Assembly (NCBI GenBank): GCA_040882355.1
Contig: JBBEBM010000073.1
Span: forward strand, 1-61,728
Source: Dehalococcoidia bacterium
Lineage (GTDB): Bacteria; Chloroflexota; Dehalococcoidia; DSTF01; RBG-16-68-14
DNA: 61,728 nt
Direction of reading: 5' to 3'
Of the stretch, positions 9,546 through 19,235 are shown piece after piece (the first letter of the stretch is position 1; the number at the start of each line of letters is the position of its first letter). Made by a program: the position numbers and the translations under genes. The notes under the pieces were generated by a model that saw nothing but the letters and a program-made list of their open reading frames with translations, had not been told where the DNA came from and searched no databases.

Positions 9546-10744
9546 CAGATCACTCCCGCCGACCGCAGCCGGACGAGGTCGCAGCGCGACAGGCCGAGCA
9601 GTTCGCCGTAGACTGCTTCGTTGTGCTCGCCCAGGCTTGGCGCCGGGCGGAGCGACCAGCCACCCTCGGCCGTCCGGAAGGGCGGTCCCGGATAGCTGAG
9701 GCGGCCCGCGCGCGGGTCGTCCAGCTCCCGGATCGACTCGCGGGCGCGCAGGTGAGGCTGCTGGAGGACCTCGCCGATGCTGTAGATCGGCGCGGCCGAA
9801 CAGCGCAGCTCGCCCGAGCGCCGGTACGCCTCGTCGCGCGTCGTCCCCGCCGCCCAGGCGTAGATCGTCGCCAGCACCTCGTCGTTGTTCATCAAGCGGG
9901 CGCGCGCGTCGCGGAAGCGCTCGTCGTCGATCATCGACTCCGCATCCATCAGCCGGGCGAACGCAGGGAAGTTTCGCGGCATGACGTGCACGCCGATGTG
10001 GCCGTCGGCGCAGGGGTAGATGCCGATCATCGCCGACGCGCTGTTGCCGCGCCTGTGCGAAAGGATGTCGCTCTTGCGGTACAGGTAGTCGCCCAGATAG
10101 AGCTCGATCGTCGCCGCCTGGCACTCCATCGCGTTGATGTCGATGTGCTGGCCGATCTCGATCACGCCCACCGAGAACAGCCCGGCGAGCGTCGCGCCGA
10201 ACGCGTGCAGGCCCGCCTGGTAGAACGCCTGGTGGCCCGCCGTCATCAGCGGCTCGCGGTCCGGGTCGCCGGTGATCGACATCTGCCCGCCCGCCGCGAA
10301 CGCGACGATGTCGCTCGCGCGCCACTTTGCGTACGGCCCCGACTGCCCGAAGGCGCTGACGGACGTGACGATGAGGCGAGGGTTGCGCTGGTGCAGCGCC
10401 TCGACGCCGAGGCCGATCGCATCCAGCTCGCCCGGCGTGGCGCTCTCGATCAGCGCGTCGGCGTGCTCGATCAGCTCCAAGAGGATGCGCCGCCCTGTCG
10501 CGGTCGAGTAGTCGAGGGTGACGCCCTCCTTGCTCGTGTTCAGGTAGAGGAAAAGGGCGCCCGCCTCCGGGTGCGGTGTGTCAGGGAACGGCCCGACGCG
10601 TCGCGCCGGATCGCCTCGCCCCGGGCGCTCGACCTTGATCACGCGAGCGCCGTAGTCGGCAAAGAGCTTCGTCGCGAAGGGGCCGGCGGTGCCCTCGCTC
10701 AGGTCGAGGATCGTCAGCTCAGAGAGCAGTCCTTCGTCGGGCAT
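9545..10744 (-). CDS. Family III CoA transferase (CaiB/BaiF)
   Basis: AGPFATK..ADYGARVIKVE, YPCADG, APSLGEHN. Confidence 0.93.
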   Translation of the reverse strand: MPDEGLLSELTILDLSEGTAGPFATKLFADYGARVIKVERPGRGDPARRVGPFPDTPHPEAGALFLYLNTSKEGVTLDYSTATGRRILLELIEHADALIESATPGELDAIGLGVEALHQRNPRLIVTSVSAFGQSGPYAKWRASDIVAFAAGGQMSITGDPDREPLMTAGHQAFYQAGLHAFGATLAGLFSVGVIEIGQHIDINAMECQAATIELYLGDYLYRKSDILSHRRGNSASAMIGIYPCADGHIGVHVMPRNFPAFARLMDAESMIDDERFRDARARLMNNDEVLATIYAWAAGTTRDEAYRRSGELRCSAAPIYSIGEVLQQPHLRARESIRELDDPRAGRLSYPGPPFRTAEGGWSLRPAPSLGEHNEAVYGELLGLSRCDLVRLRSAGVI

Positions 10745-10791
10745 GGGAAATGAATGATAGCAGGAGGGAGGTGCGCGGATCGAGGCGTCAT

Positions 10792-10815
10792 GTAGGGGCG
10801 GGTCTCCGCCCCGCC
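10792..10815 (+). repeat. GTAG REP-like palindrome
   Basis: GTAGGGGCGGGTCTCCGCCCCGCC, related to the element at 32449. Confidence 0.55.
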
Positions 10816-10829
10816 GGTCGGACGCGGAG

Positions 10830-11906
10830 CTACGTCGTCGCCACCTCCGCCCCGCCCTCCGCCGCCGAGCGGTAGACCGCGTCGACCAGCTCGTGGGCGC
10901 GCACGCCGACGTCGAAGCTGGGGTGGGGGTCGCGATCTTCCGACAGCGCCCGCAGGAAGAAGTAGTCCTCCAGCGAGTACCGCCGCGCTGCCTGCGCGAA
11001 TTCGTCGCCCTCCAGCCCGACCAACGAGAGATAGCGGCGCAGCACCTCCTCCTCCGACAGCTCGGCGCGACCGCCGCTGCCGTAGGTCTCGTAGCGGATC
11101 GGGCCGAGGAAGTCCTGGTCGACGGTGAAATAGCCGTGCTCGAAGAACATTTCGAGGAGCCGGCCCGAGCCGCGGCTGAGCAGGTTGTGCCAGACCGAGA
11201 GCAGGTGGCCTGTTGCGCCGTTCGCGAAACGGAACGAGACCGAAGCGACGTCCTCGACCCCCTCGTGCCCGGCGAAGTTGCGCGTCTCCGCGCGCAGGCT
11301 CTCGATGCCGCCCGCGAGCCATGTGATCACGTCGAGGTCGTGGATGCTGTGCTCGATGAGCGTGCCGCCGCCGGTCATCGCGACATCGCCGCGCCAGGTG
11401 CTGGCGTAGTGGCCCTGGATCGGGAAGAACTGGTCGTCGCGGAACATCACGGCCATCAGCCGGCCGAGCTTCGGGTCGCCCGTCAGCTCCTTGAGCACGG
11501 CGAAGATCGGGGAGTGGCGCAGCACCAGCCCGACCTGGTGGCGCACGCCCGCGGAGCGGACGGCGTCGTGCATCTCTCGCGCGTCGGCGAGCGTGCGGGC
11601 GAGCGGCTTCTCGCAGAAGACGTGCTTGCCAGCGGCTGCGGCCTTTAGGACGAGCGCCTTGTGCTCGGCGGTCGGCGTGCAGACGTAGACGGTGTTCACG
11701 TCGGGCGAGCCGATCAGCTCGTCGTCGTCCGATGTGTAGAAGTCGAGGCCGGCGATCTCCGCGAACTCGCGCGCCCGGTCCTCGATCCGGTCGCAGACAG
11801 CGACGTAGCGCGCGTTGACCAGCCCCATGCGAATCAGGCCGTGGATGCCGCGCGCATGAAAGCGCCCGATCAACCCCGCGCCGATGATGCCCACCTTCGG
11901 TTGCAT
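10830..11906 (-). CDS. Gfo/Idh/MocA oxidoreductase
   Basis: GAGLIG, CEKPLA, GGTLIEHSIHDLD. Confidence 0.92.
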   Translation of the reverse strand: MQPKVGIIGAGLIGRFHARGIHGLIRMGLVNARYVAVCDRIEDRAREFAEIAGLDFYTSDDDELIGSPDVNTVYVCTPTAEHKALVLKAAAAGKHVFCEKPLARTLADAREMHDAVRSAGVRHQVGLVLRHSPIFAVLKELTGDPKLGRLMAVMFRDDQFFPIQGHYASTWRGDVAMTGGGTLIEHSIHDLDVITWLAGGIESLRAETRNFAGHEGVEDVASVSFRFANGATGHLLSVWHNLLSRGSGRLLEMFFEHGYFTVDQDFLGPIRYETYGSGGRAELSEEEVLRRYLSLVGLEGDEFAQAARRYSLEDYFFLRALSEDRDPHPSFDVGVRAHELVDAVYRSAAEGGAEVATT

Positions 11907-11915
11907 GTGGCTGCC

Positions 11916-12710
11916 CTACCTCCTCGTCGCGACCGCGAGCACGCGCCGGCGATAGGGGCGCTGCTCCAGCGTCATCGTTATCTCGCCGAAGAGCGCGTTG
12001 ACGGCGAGGTCGCCCATTTCGGCTCGAAGGGCCTCGTCTGCTGCCACCAGCGCGCTGTATGCAGCCGTCATGGGCTCCGGCCACCCCGGAATCTCGTCGT
12101 AGGCATCGATGCTGAATCCTGCGTCGTCGAGGACGGGACGGTAGTCGTCGACCGGGTCGGCGCCGATGACGGGCAGGTCGCGCACTCGCTCCGGCGCCAG
12201 CTCGAAGGCGGTGAATACGAAGCGAGCGCCGGGCCTGAGTACTCGCGCGGCTTCGGCCATTGCCGCGCGCTTGTCCGGCGCGTACTGCAGGGCGTCCTCG
12301 CTCATCGCTGCGTCGGCCGAGCCGTCCGGCAGGCCGGTGCTCGCGAACGAGCCGACGCGAAACTCCGGGGCGTCACCTAGCCCGAGCGACGCCGCGCGCT
12401 CGCCCGCGAGCGAAACGGCGACCGCCGAGAGGTCGACGCCGGTCAACCGGGCGCCGGTCTCACGCGCCATCCACAGCGCTGGCCCCGCCATGCCGCAGCC
12501 AAGGTCGACGAACGTGTCGTCCGGTGTGAGGCGAAGCTCGGTCTCGATGCGGCGCAGCTCTGGCAGCGTGACGAAGCTGATGTGGGCGAACTCCTCGGGG
12601 AAGTCGAGGCCGCACGCGTGCTCCCGCCAGAGGCGGCGCAGCGTTGGGCTCTTCGGCATCGCCTTGTAGACCGCGTCGTAGCCAACCGAGACGATCTCTT
12701 CATCCATCAT
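11916..12710 (-). CDS. Class I SAM-dependent methyltransferase
   Basis: VDLGCGMAG, GVDLS, RVLRPG; start placed at ATG 12710. Confidence 0.88.
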   Translation of the reverse strand: MMDEEIVSVGYDAVYKAMPKSPTLRRLWREHACGLDFPEEFAHISFVTLPELRRIETELRLTPDDTFVDLGCGMAGPALWMARETGARLTGVDLSAVAVSLAGERAASLGLGDAPEFRVGSFASTGLPDGSADAAMSEDALQYAPDKRAAMAEAARVLRPGARFVFTAFELAPERVRDLPVIGADPVDDYRPVLDDAGFSIDAYDEIPGWPEPMTAAYSALVAADEALRAEMGDLAVNALFGEITMTLEQRPYRRRVLAVATRR

Positions 12711-12715
12711 GGGTC

Positions 12716-13654
12716 CTACTCCTGCCACGGCAACGCGCGCGGCAGGAACGTCGGTCGCACGTCGCCGTCGGCGAGGATGCTGACGACCTGCAGCCGGCTG
12801 AACAGCGACGGGTCGAGCGCTTTCACCGTCGAGCTCGCCCCCTCCAGCTCGGCGTACTCGTAGACACCGATCAGCCCCACTGCGCGCAGGTCGACCTCGA
12901 GCGCGTCGAGCGCCTCGTTCGCTGCGGCGAGCCGCTTGCGCGCCATTCGCCGGACGACGATGCCCTCCGTCGCGTCGGCGCCCGGCGGCGCGCCTGCGAT
13001 CGCGAAGCCGCTCTCGGTCTCGGACGCAGGCAAGCGCTGCAGCGTCCACGCCTCCTCGACCTCGAAGTCCGCCGCCTGCCCCACGTCGAGCCCGTGCGAG
13101 AGGGCGCCGATGTTCTCCCAGAGCCGCTCGCGCCCCTCGCCGTCGAGCGTGAGGCGATGCACGGCGGTGCTATCGACGTGGAACGTGCCGTTCACCTTCT
13201 CCGTGATCCGCGTCCACCAGCGGCTCATCCCGCCGATCACCGACGCGTACCCGCCCTCGACGCGCATCTTGGCGAGCTTCACGGTTACCGGGAATCTCAC
13301 CTCGGTGCGCGCGCCCGGAGGGAGCGGCGCTGCCGCCACCTGCACCCGCTGGACAAAGTCGGACGCGTCCGGCTCCTCGACGGGCACCTGAGCGCCCGGC
13401 GGCACCCAGAGGAGGAAGGGGCCGCGCACGTTGCCTGCGCTCAGCCGCTCCTCCATCGAGCGCAGTAGCTCCTCCCAGGCCGCGTTCTCCTCCCACAGCG
13501 GCGCGACGTAGACGCCGGCTCGATGAGCGCCGTCTGTCGCGATTGTTTCACCTTCAGGTGCTTCGGTTAGGCTGAGCTGGGACTCGAAGCGGCCGTTCAG
13601 CCACTCGACCAGAAGGCGGGCGGAATAACGGGCGAGCCGGTCGCTTGGGGCCAT
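12716..13654 (-). CDS. Hypothetical protein
   Basis: 312-aa ORF with host-like codon use; extended -10 (TGCTACGAT) just upstream. Confidence 0.75.
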   Translation of the reverse strand: MAPSDRLARYSARLLVEWLNGRFESQLSLTEAPEGETIATDGAHRAGVYVAPLWEENAAWEELLRSMEERLSAGNVRGPFLLWVPPGAQVPVEEPDASDFVQRVQVAAAPLPPGARTEVRFPVTVKLAKMRVEGGYASVIGGMSRWWTRITEKVNGTFHVDSTAVHRLTLDGEGRERLWENIGALSHGLDVGQAADFEVEEAWTLQRLPASETESGFAIAGAPPGADATEGIVVRRMARKRLAAANEALDALEVDLRAVGLIGVYEYAELEGASSTVKALDPSLFSRLQVVSILADGDVRPTFLPRALPWQE

Positions 13655-13761
13655 CGAAAGGCATCGTAGCAGAAGCGGCGCTGGCGGGCAGCGAGCCGCG
13701 CGCGGGCCGGATGTCGTACCATGAGCGAGCGCCAGCCGGCGGCTCAGCCAAGGAGTCGACG

Positions 13762-14643
13762 ATGGACATGGACGTCGCCCTCACCCGTTCGCCCGCCCCG
13801 CAGTTGGGTCGTGTCTTCGCGGCCGCGCGCGTCATCCACCCCTTCCCCACGTTCCTCAACGTCGCCGCGACGCTCGCGCTGGCGGTCGTCGCCCGCGATG
13901 GCCTGCCTTCGGCGTCCGAGCTGGTTCGCCTGGGCGCGGCGATGTTCTGCGCGCAGGCGGCGATCGGCGCAGCGAACGACTACTACGACCGCGATCTCGA
14001 CGCCGTCACGAAACGCTGGAAGCCGATCGTGCGCGGGCTGATCGAGCCGCGGACGGCGCTTGGGCTCGCTGCCGCGTTTGCGATCGCCGGGGCGCTCCTC
14101 ACCGCGACGTTCGGACCGCTCTCGGTCGCGGCGGGCGGCGTGGGCATCGCGGCGGGCCTCGCCTACGACATGCGCCTCAAGCGCAGCGTCTTAAGCGCGC
14201 TGCCGTTCATGGTCGCGCTGCCTGCGCTGCCGATCTGGGTCTGGGTCTCGCTCGGCGAGTTCATGAGCGAGCTCTGGTGGCTGCTACCGTTCGCGCCACT
14301 GGCCGGGCTGGCCGTCCACCTCTCTAACACCTTGCCGGACATCGAGAGCGACACGCGGGCCGGCGTCCGAGGCCTGCCGCACGCGCTGGGCGTCCAGCGC
14401 AGCCTCGCGCTCGCCTGGGGCACCTTCGGGGCGGCGATCGCTTTCGCCTTCCTGCTCGGCCTGCGGCTCGACTACGACTGGCGCCTCTTCCTGCTGGGCG
14501 CCCTCCCTGCGACCGCGCTCCTGCTGGCGAGCATCGCCGCCTACGCGCTGCGGCCCGGCCAAGCGGCGCTGCAGCTCGGCTTCGGCCTCATCGGCATCGC
14601 GACGGCGTGCCTGGCGGGCGGGTGGCTGGCAGCCGTGGCGTAG
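13762..14643 (+). CDS. UbiA family prenyltransferase
   Basis: NDYYDRDLD...KPI and PDIESD aspartate motifs, multiple TMs; AGGAG upstream. Confidence 0.9.
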   Translation: MDMDVALTRSPAPQLGRVFAAARVIHPFPTFLNVAATLALAVVARDGLPSASELVRLGAAMFCAQAAIGAANDYYDRDLDAVTKRWKPIVRGLIEPRTALGLAAAFAIAGALLTATFGPLSVAAGGVGIAAGLAYDMRLKRSVLSALPFMVALPALPIWVWVSLGEFMSELWWLLPFAPLAGLAVHLSNTLPDIESDTRAGVRGLPHALGVQRSLALAWGTFGAAIAFAFLLGLRLDYDWRLFLLGALPATALLLASIAAYALRPGQAALQLGFGLIGIATACLAGGWLAAVA

Positions 14644-14650
14644 GCTAGCC

Positions 14651-15406
14651 TCAGATATTCGAGCGGCTCTGCCCGCCGTCGACGTTAATGCAGGCGCCGG
14701 TCACCCAGCTCGCGCGCTCCGAGCAGAGGAAGACGACGGCGTTCGCGATCTCCTCCGGCCGACCGAAACGCCCCATTGGGATGTTCTGTTCGACGAAGCG
14801 GGCCATGCCCTCCGGGTCCTCCTCCAGCCGCCGGCCCCACGACCCGCCGGGGAACGCTGTCGAGCCCGGCGCCACGGAGTTCACGCGGACCTCCGGTGCC
14901 ATCGCGAGCGCCATCGCCTTGGCGTGGCTGATCATCGCCGCCTTCATCGCGTTATAGGTCGGCGATCCGCCCGACTCGCGTCCGTAGATCGACGCGATGT
15001 GGACGATCGACCCGCCGCCCGACGCGCGCAGGTGTGGCACGCAGGCGCGCGTCGCCCGCACGGCCGCGAGGACATTCGCGTGATAGGCGCCGTCCCAGGC
15101 CTCGTCGTCGTCGCCGCGGGTGCTGCCGCCGGCGTTGTTCACCAGGACGTGCAGCCGCCCGAAGCGCGCCATCGCCTCCGCTACGAGCCGCTTGACGTCC
15201 TCCGCCTGCGTCATGTCGACGACGACGCCCAGCGCCTCGACGCCGCGCTCGCGGACCTCCGCCTCGGTCTCGCGCAGGCGCTCCTCGCCGCGCGCGCAGA
15301 GCGCGACGTGACAGCCCTCGCCGGCGAGGCCGAGCGCAATCGCGCGGCCGATGCCGCGGCTGCTGCCGGTGACGATGGCGACTTTGTCGCGCAGGCCGAG
15401 GTCCAG
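14651..15406 (-). CDS. SDR family oxidoreductase with probable CTG start
   Basis: Frame is open upstream of the ORF-track ATG: (L)DLGLRDKVAIVTGSSRGIG; GGAGG 6 nt before CTG; YNAMK. Confidence 0.88.
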   Translation of the reverse strand: MDLGLRDKVAIVTGSSRGIGRAIALGLAGEGCHVALCARGEERLRETEAEVRERGVEALGVVVDMTQAEDVKRLVAEAMARFGRLHVLVNNAGGSTRGDDDEAWDGAYHANVLAAVRATRACVPHLRASGGGSIVHIASIYGRESGGSPTYNAMKAAMISHAKAMALAMAPEVRVNSVAPGSTAFPGGSWGRRLEEDPEGMARFVEQNIPMGRFGRPEEIANAVVFLCSERASWVTGACINVDGGQSRSNI

Positions 15407-15862
15407 AGTGCGCCTCCAGTGTTGGGCTGGCGCCAGTGTATCAAGTGGCGCCGCCCTGGCATCAGGTCTCCGAGCGGCAAGCGTTTCGTGTCATTACGTT
15501 TGGCAAAATCGCTTATTTAGTGGACATAACGTCCGCGACCTTCCGCACGCGAGTTTGGCCTACGCCCGATTTGGGCGTGTCTCCCACGCTGGATTGTTGA
15601 CGCTAGGGTAGAGGCGGCGCGGGATAGCGCGAAGGGGCGGGTGGCACGTGCTGGCGTCTAGGGCGAAGAAGGGCGGACAGGGGAGTTGACGAGGGCCCGA
15701 CGCCGGCTGGTGGCGGGGGGAACGGCGCCGGGACCCTCCAGGGCGGGGACACGTGTTTCCCCAAGCTATCAATCGACCGGAGTGGCGAGATCTGAAGGGC
15801 GGGCATTGTGCTTTGTGAAGGCGCGGAACCGCCTGCCGCCATGGGATAGCTGCACGAGCGGG

Positions 15863-16336
15863 TCACCGAGTCAAGAGCGACTCGATATTCTCACGAAGCA
15901 CGTCCTCCGATTGGTAGCCGATCACGGTACGTTCCACGCTGCCGTCGGCGTGCATGTAGACGACCGCCGGGTGGTAACCGGCGTTCAGCTTGTTCGCAAT
16001 CCTGAGGTCTTCGTCGGTATCGTAGTCAAGCGTGACGAACGTTAACTGACCGGCGTACTCCTGCTTGAGCCCGTTCACGACGGGCCTCATTCTCTCGCAG
16101 TACACTCAGGTGTCTTGATCGACGAAGACGAAGGCGGGCAAGCCGCCGGTGTCTATCAGTCCGGTCTCATCGGCAGGCGGTTGGTCGCGCGGGACCGGAC
16201 CCCCGCTGCCAGAGCCGCTCACCGGCTCGCCGGTCGGCGCTGGCGTCGGCCCGCCGTCCCCTTGCGAGCAGGCGGACGCGAGAAGGACGAGAGCGGCTAT
16301 GAAGAGGACCGCGAGTAAACGGGGCGCACGCGACAT
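15863..16336 (-). CDS. Lipoprotein thioredoxin-like protein, probable selenoprotein (UxxC)
   Basis: Lipobox LASAC; FVFVDQDT-TGA-VYCERMRPVV in one frame; cis-Pro loop YHP; hairpin downstream of TGA. Confidence 0.85.
16055..16105 (-). promoter_or_regulatory. Putative bacterial SECIS element
   Basis: After UGA: GUAC-UGC...UGA-G-GCCCGU-CGUGA-ACGGGC-UCA...GCA-GGA-GUAC. Confidence 0.65.
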
Positions 16337-16397
16337 CACAGGCAGGTTACTCGACCTTATCCGACTCCGCCACCTGCAACGAAGGCACGACAGCCGG

Positions 16398-18009
16398 CTA
16401 TACGGGCGCCTCGCCCGGCGGCTGGTGCGAGTGCTCTGCGATAAAGTCGGCGAGCACTCGCTGCGCGTCTGACGCCGCGGTGCGGGTGCCACGATAGATG
16501 AAGAACGTGCCGAGCGCCATCACCGTCGCGGATGCAAGCAGCATGGCGTAGCGCAGGCTGTCGCCTTCGTCCACGCCCCAGACGCTCTGGAACAGCTCCG
16601 ACATGGCGCCGACAGCCAGTGGCGCGGCAGCCGCCCCGAAGACAGCGAGCGCCAGCCCGAACGCCGCAAACGCTTGCGACCGGATCCGCGGTGGAGCGGT
16701 CGCGGCGACCAGCGCGCTGATCCCCGGGATAGTGAACGAGGCGACGAGCGCGCCAAAGATGAGGAGCAGCGTCATGATCCAGACCGATGGAATCGCAAAC
16801 CCAAGCGCCCAGCTGATCGTCAGTACGCCCGCGGTGAGGGTGCTGATCTGCGCGACGAACGTGAAGCCGCGTCGAACGCACCAGTCCGCGAACGGCCCGC
16901 CGAACCACGTGGCGAAGAACGACGAGAGCGCGAGCAGGCCAAACGCCAGTCCCGCTTCCTGGGTGGAGAACCCGTAACGACGCTCGAACAACGCCGGCAG
17001 CCAGAACACGATGCCGATCAGCGTGAACCCGAACGCCGCGTTAGCGAAGATCAGGTTGCGCAGCGTGGAAATACGGAACGTCGTCCCGAGACTCTCGCGG
17101 AAGCCCATTGCGTCCGGGGGCTCCTTGAGGAAGTCGGCCAGCAGTGGATTCTGTTCGACGGCCGCATTGAGGTCGGCCTCGCCGCGCTTCGGCTCGCGCA
17201 GGGTCAGTGCCAGCATCCCGAAGAGCAGCCCGGGGATCGCCGCCGCGACGAATCCCCAGCGCCAGCCCACGCCCGCAACGATGGCTCCGCCGATGACGGC
17301 CCCGAGCACCTGTCCCAGCGGGTTGGCGGCTCGATGATAGCCCAACGCGCGGCCGCGTAGCTGCACCGGGTAGTAGTCCGAGAGCAGGCTTGCATGAGTG
17401 GGGTTGATCGTCGCCTGCCCGATGCCAAGGAGAGCGCGCGTCATGAACAGCTGCACAAAGGTGACCGACGCCGCCGCGAGCAGGCCCGCTCCACCCCAGA
17501 TGATGCTTCCAGCAGCCAGCAGCCTTGTGCGGTCCATGCGATCGGCCAGGTTGCCGGCCGCTCCATCCCAGATGATGCTTCCAGCAGCCAGCAGCCTTGT
17601 GCGGTCCATGCGATCGGCCAGNNNNNNNNNNNNNNNNNNNNNNNNNNNNNNNNNNNNNNNNNNNNNNNNNNNNNNNNNNNNNNNNNNNNNNNNNNNNNNN
17701 NNNNNNNNNNNNNNNNNNNNNGTTGCCGGCAGGGAGGCTGAGCAGCCCCGTGATAAAGATTACCGCCATCGGCAGCAGACCGACCGTCGCGTCCGACAGG
17801 CCGAAGCTGTCGCGGATGCGGTCAAGCGATACCGCCAGCACGGCGCGGTCGAACTCGTCGATGGCGTTGAGGATGAAGAGCACAGCCAGCGCCTTCATTC
17901 CGTACGCCCGCAGACTGTGCTGCAGAACTACGCGGGTGTTGGCCGCGGCCGGATCTGTTGCGGGAGCTTCCTGGTGGCTCCCTTTTCTTCTGAGGGGGGG
18001 CAGAGCCAC
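16398..18009 (-). CDS. MFS transporter (spinster-like), split by assembly gap
   Basis: N-terminal DEFDRAVL..., and GN/LADRMDR joins directly across the N run; LSDYYPVQLRGRALG. Confidence 0.85.
17622..17721. other. Scaffold gap (100 N) with an adjacent 72-bp tandem duplication
   Basis: N run; sequence at about 17487-17549 recurs at 17559-17621. Confidence 0.95.
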
Positions 18010-18075
18010 GTCACGCTGGCGCTTGACTCAAGGCAAGGCACGCACCGCGTAAGGTCCCGCCACAGCGACTCGCAA

Positions 18076-18119
18076 CGTCATTCGCGGAGGGCCAGATGCT
18101 TCGCTGCGCTCAGCATGAC
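18076..18119 (+). repeat. Palindromic intergenic repeat (GTCATT...AGATGCTTCGCTGCGCTCAGCATGAC type)
   Basis: Terminal GTCAT/ATGAC inverted ends with a CTTCG..CGCTCAG core. Confidence 0.6.
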
Positions 18120-18156
18120 GGAGGGTGGGCGCGGCCGGATCTGAAGGGCGAGCTTC

Positions 18157-19098
18157 CTACGAGTACGGTTCGAAGCTGGCGGGAGGGCCGGCGAGCCTCA
18201 AGATGGCGCCCTCAGGCGCCGGCTTCGCGAAGGCGTCCGGATGCAAGATGCGGGCCAGCAGCTCGAGACCGTCGACCAGGCGCGGGCCGGGCCGGCTGAA
18301 GTAGGCCGAGGCGTTCACGGCGAAGACCCGGCTATCGCAGACAGCAGGCAGGTCGCTCCAGCCGGGCCGGCGCGAAAGCTCGTCGATGCGCTCCGCTGCC
18401 TGGGCCGCGTCGAAGCCGCACGGCATGAGCACGACAACCTCCGGCTGGTATGCGAGGACGGCGTCCCATTCGATTCGGAAGGACGGCTGCGCCGCGATGC
18501 CAACGCCGTCGATGCCACCCGCCAGTCCCACCAGCTCGGGCACCCAGTGCCCGCCGCAGAAGATCGGGTCGAGCCACTCGCAGCAGAACACGCGCGGGCG
18601 TGAGGTCGTCGATTCGACCGCGCGTTGCACGGCAACGATGCGCTGCCGGAGGGTGTCGACCGTTCGCTGTGCCTGCGACGCGCGCCCGCTCGCTTCGCCG
18701 ACGAGCGCGATGCTCTCCAGCACTTCGTCCAGCGTGTTCGGGTCGAGCGAGAGAACGCGCGCGGCCGGCCGCAGCAACGCGACCGCCTCGTCGACGGCGG
18801 AGCGCGGGACGGCGCACACCTCGCAGAGGTCCTGCGTGATGATCAGGTCGGGCCGCAGGCGGACCAGCGTTTCGATGTCGAGCTCGTAGATGCTGTGCGC
18901 GTCCTGCGTGCTCTCGACAACCGCCCGATCGATCTCGGCGCTCGGCAGCTCTGGCGCGAGCAGGCTGCGTGTCACGCGCGTCTTCGATGACGCGCCGTCC
19001 GGGAAGTCGCACTCGTGCGTGACGGCGACCACGTCGTCGCCGAGGCCGATCGCGTAGACGATCTCGGTGGCGCTGGGAAGGAGGGAGGCGATGCGCAC
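18157..19098 (-). CDS. BtuF-like cobalamin/Fe-siderophore binding-fold protein, no signal peptide
   Basis: RIASLLPSATE, THECDFP, QDLCEVCAV, FSRPGPRL; GGAG 7 nt before GTG 19098. Confidence 0.88.
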   Translation of the reverse strand: MRIASLLPSATEIVYAIGLGDDVVAVTHECDFPDGASSKTRVTRSLLAPELPSAEIDRAVVESTQDAHSIYELDIETLVRLRPDLIITQDLCEVCAVPRSAVDEAVALLRPAARVLSLDPNTLDEVLESIALVGEASGRASQAQRTVDTLRQRIVAVQRAVESTTSRPRVFCCEWLDPIFCGGHWVPELVGLAGGIDGVGIAAQPSFRIEWDAVLAYQPEVVVLMPCGFDAAQAAERIDELSRRPGWSDLPAVCDSRVFAVNASAYFSRPGPRLVDGLELLARILHPDAFAKPAPEGAILRLAGPPASFEPYS

Positions 19099-19108
19099 GG
19101 CGTTCTCC

Positions 19109-19140
19109 AAATGAAAGGGGCCGGCCCGAAGACCGGCCCC
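19109..19140 (-). terminator. Intrinsic terminator/attenuator directly upstream of the BtuF-like gene
   Basis: GGGGCCGGUC-UUCG-GGCCGGCCCC-UUUCAUUU. Confidence 0.75.
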
Positions 19141-19235
19141 CAGCGCACCGCAGTCCCTGCGAGCTAGCCCTCAAGAACAGAGCCCCGCCTCTATTCAGAG
19201 AGCAACCACCTCAAGAGGTGGGGTGTCCTACCGCA
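19109..19235 (-). ncRNA. Candidate structured leader or small RNA
   Basis: Extended -10 TGGTACAAT (19240-19248), hairpins, and a terminator about 125 nt later. Confidence 0.4.

Noticed and set aside
17487..17721. 72-bp tandem duplication and apparent split of the MFS gene
   Set aside because: Adjacent to a 100-N scaffold gap, and the flanks join seamlessly (PAGN/LADR). Most likely an assembly artefact.
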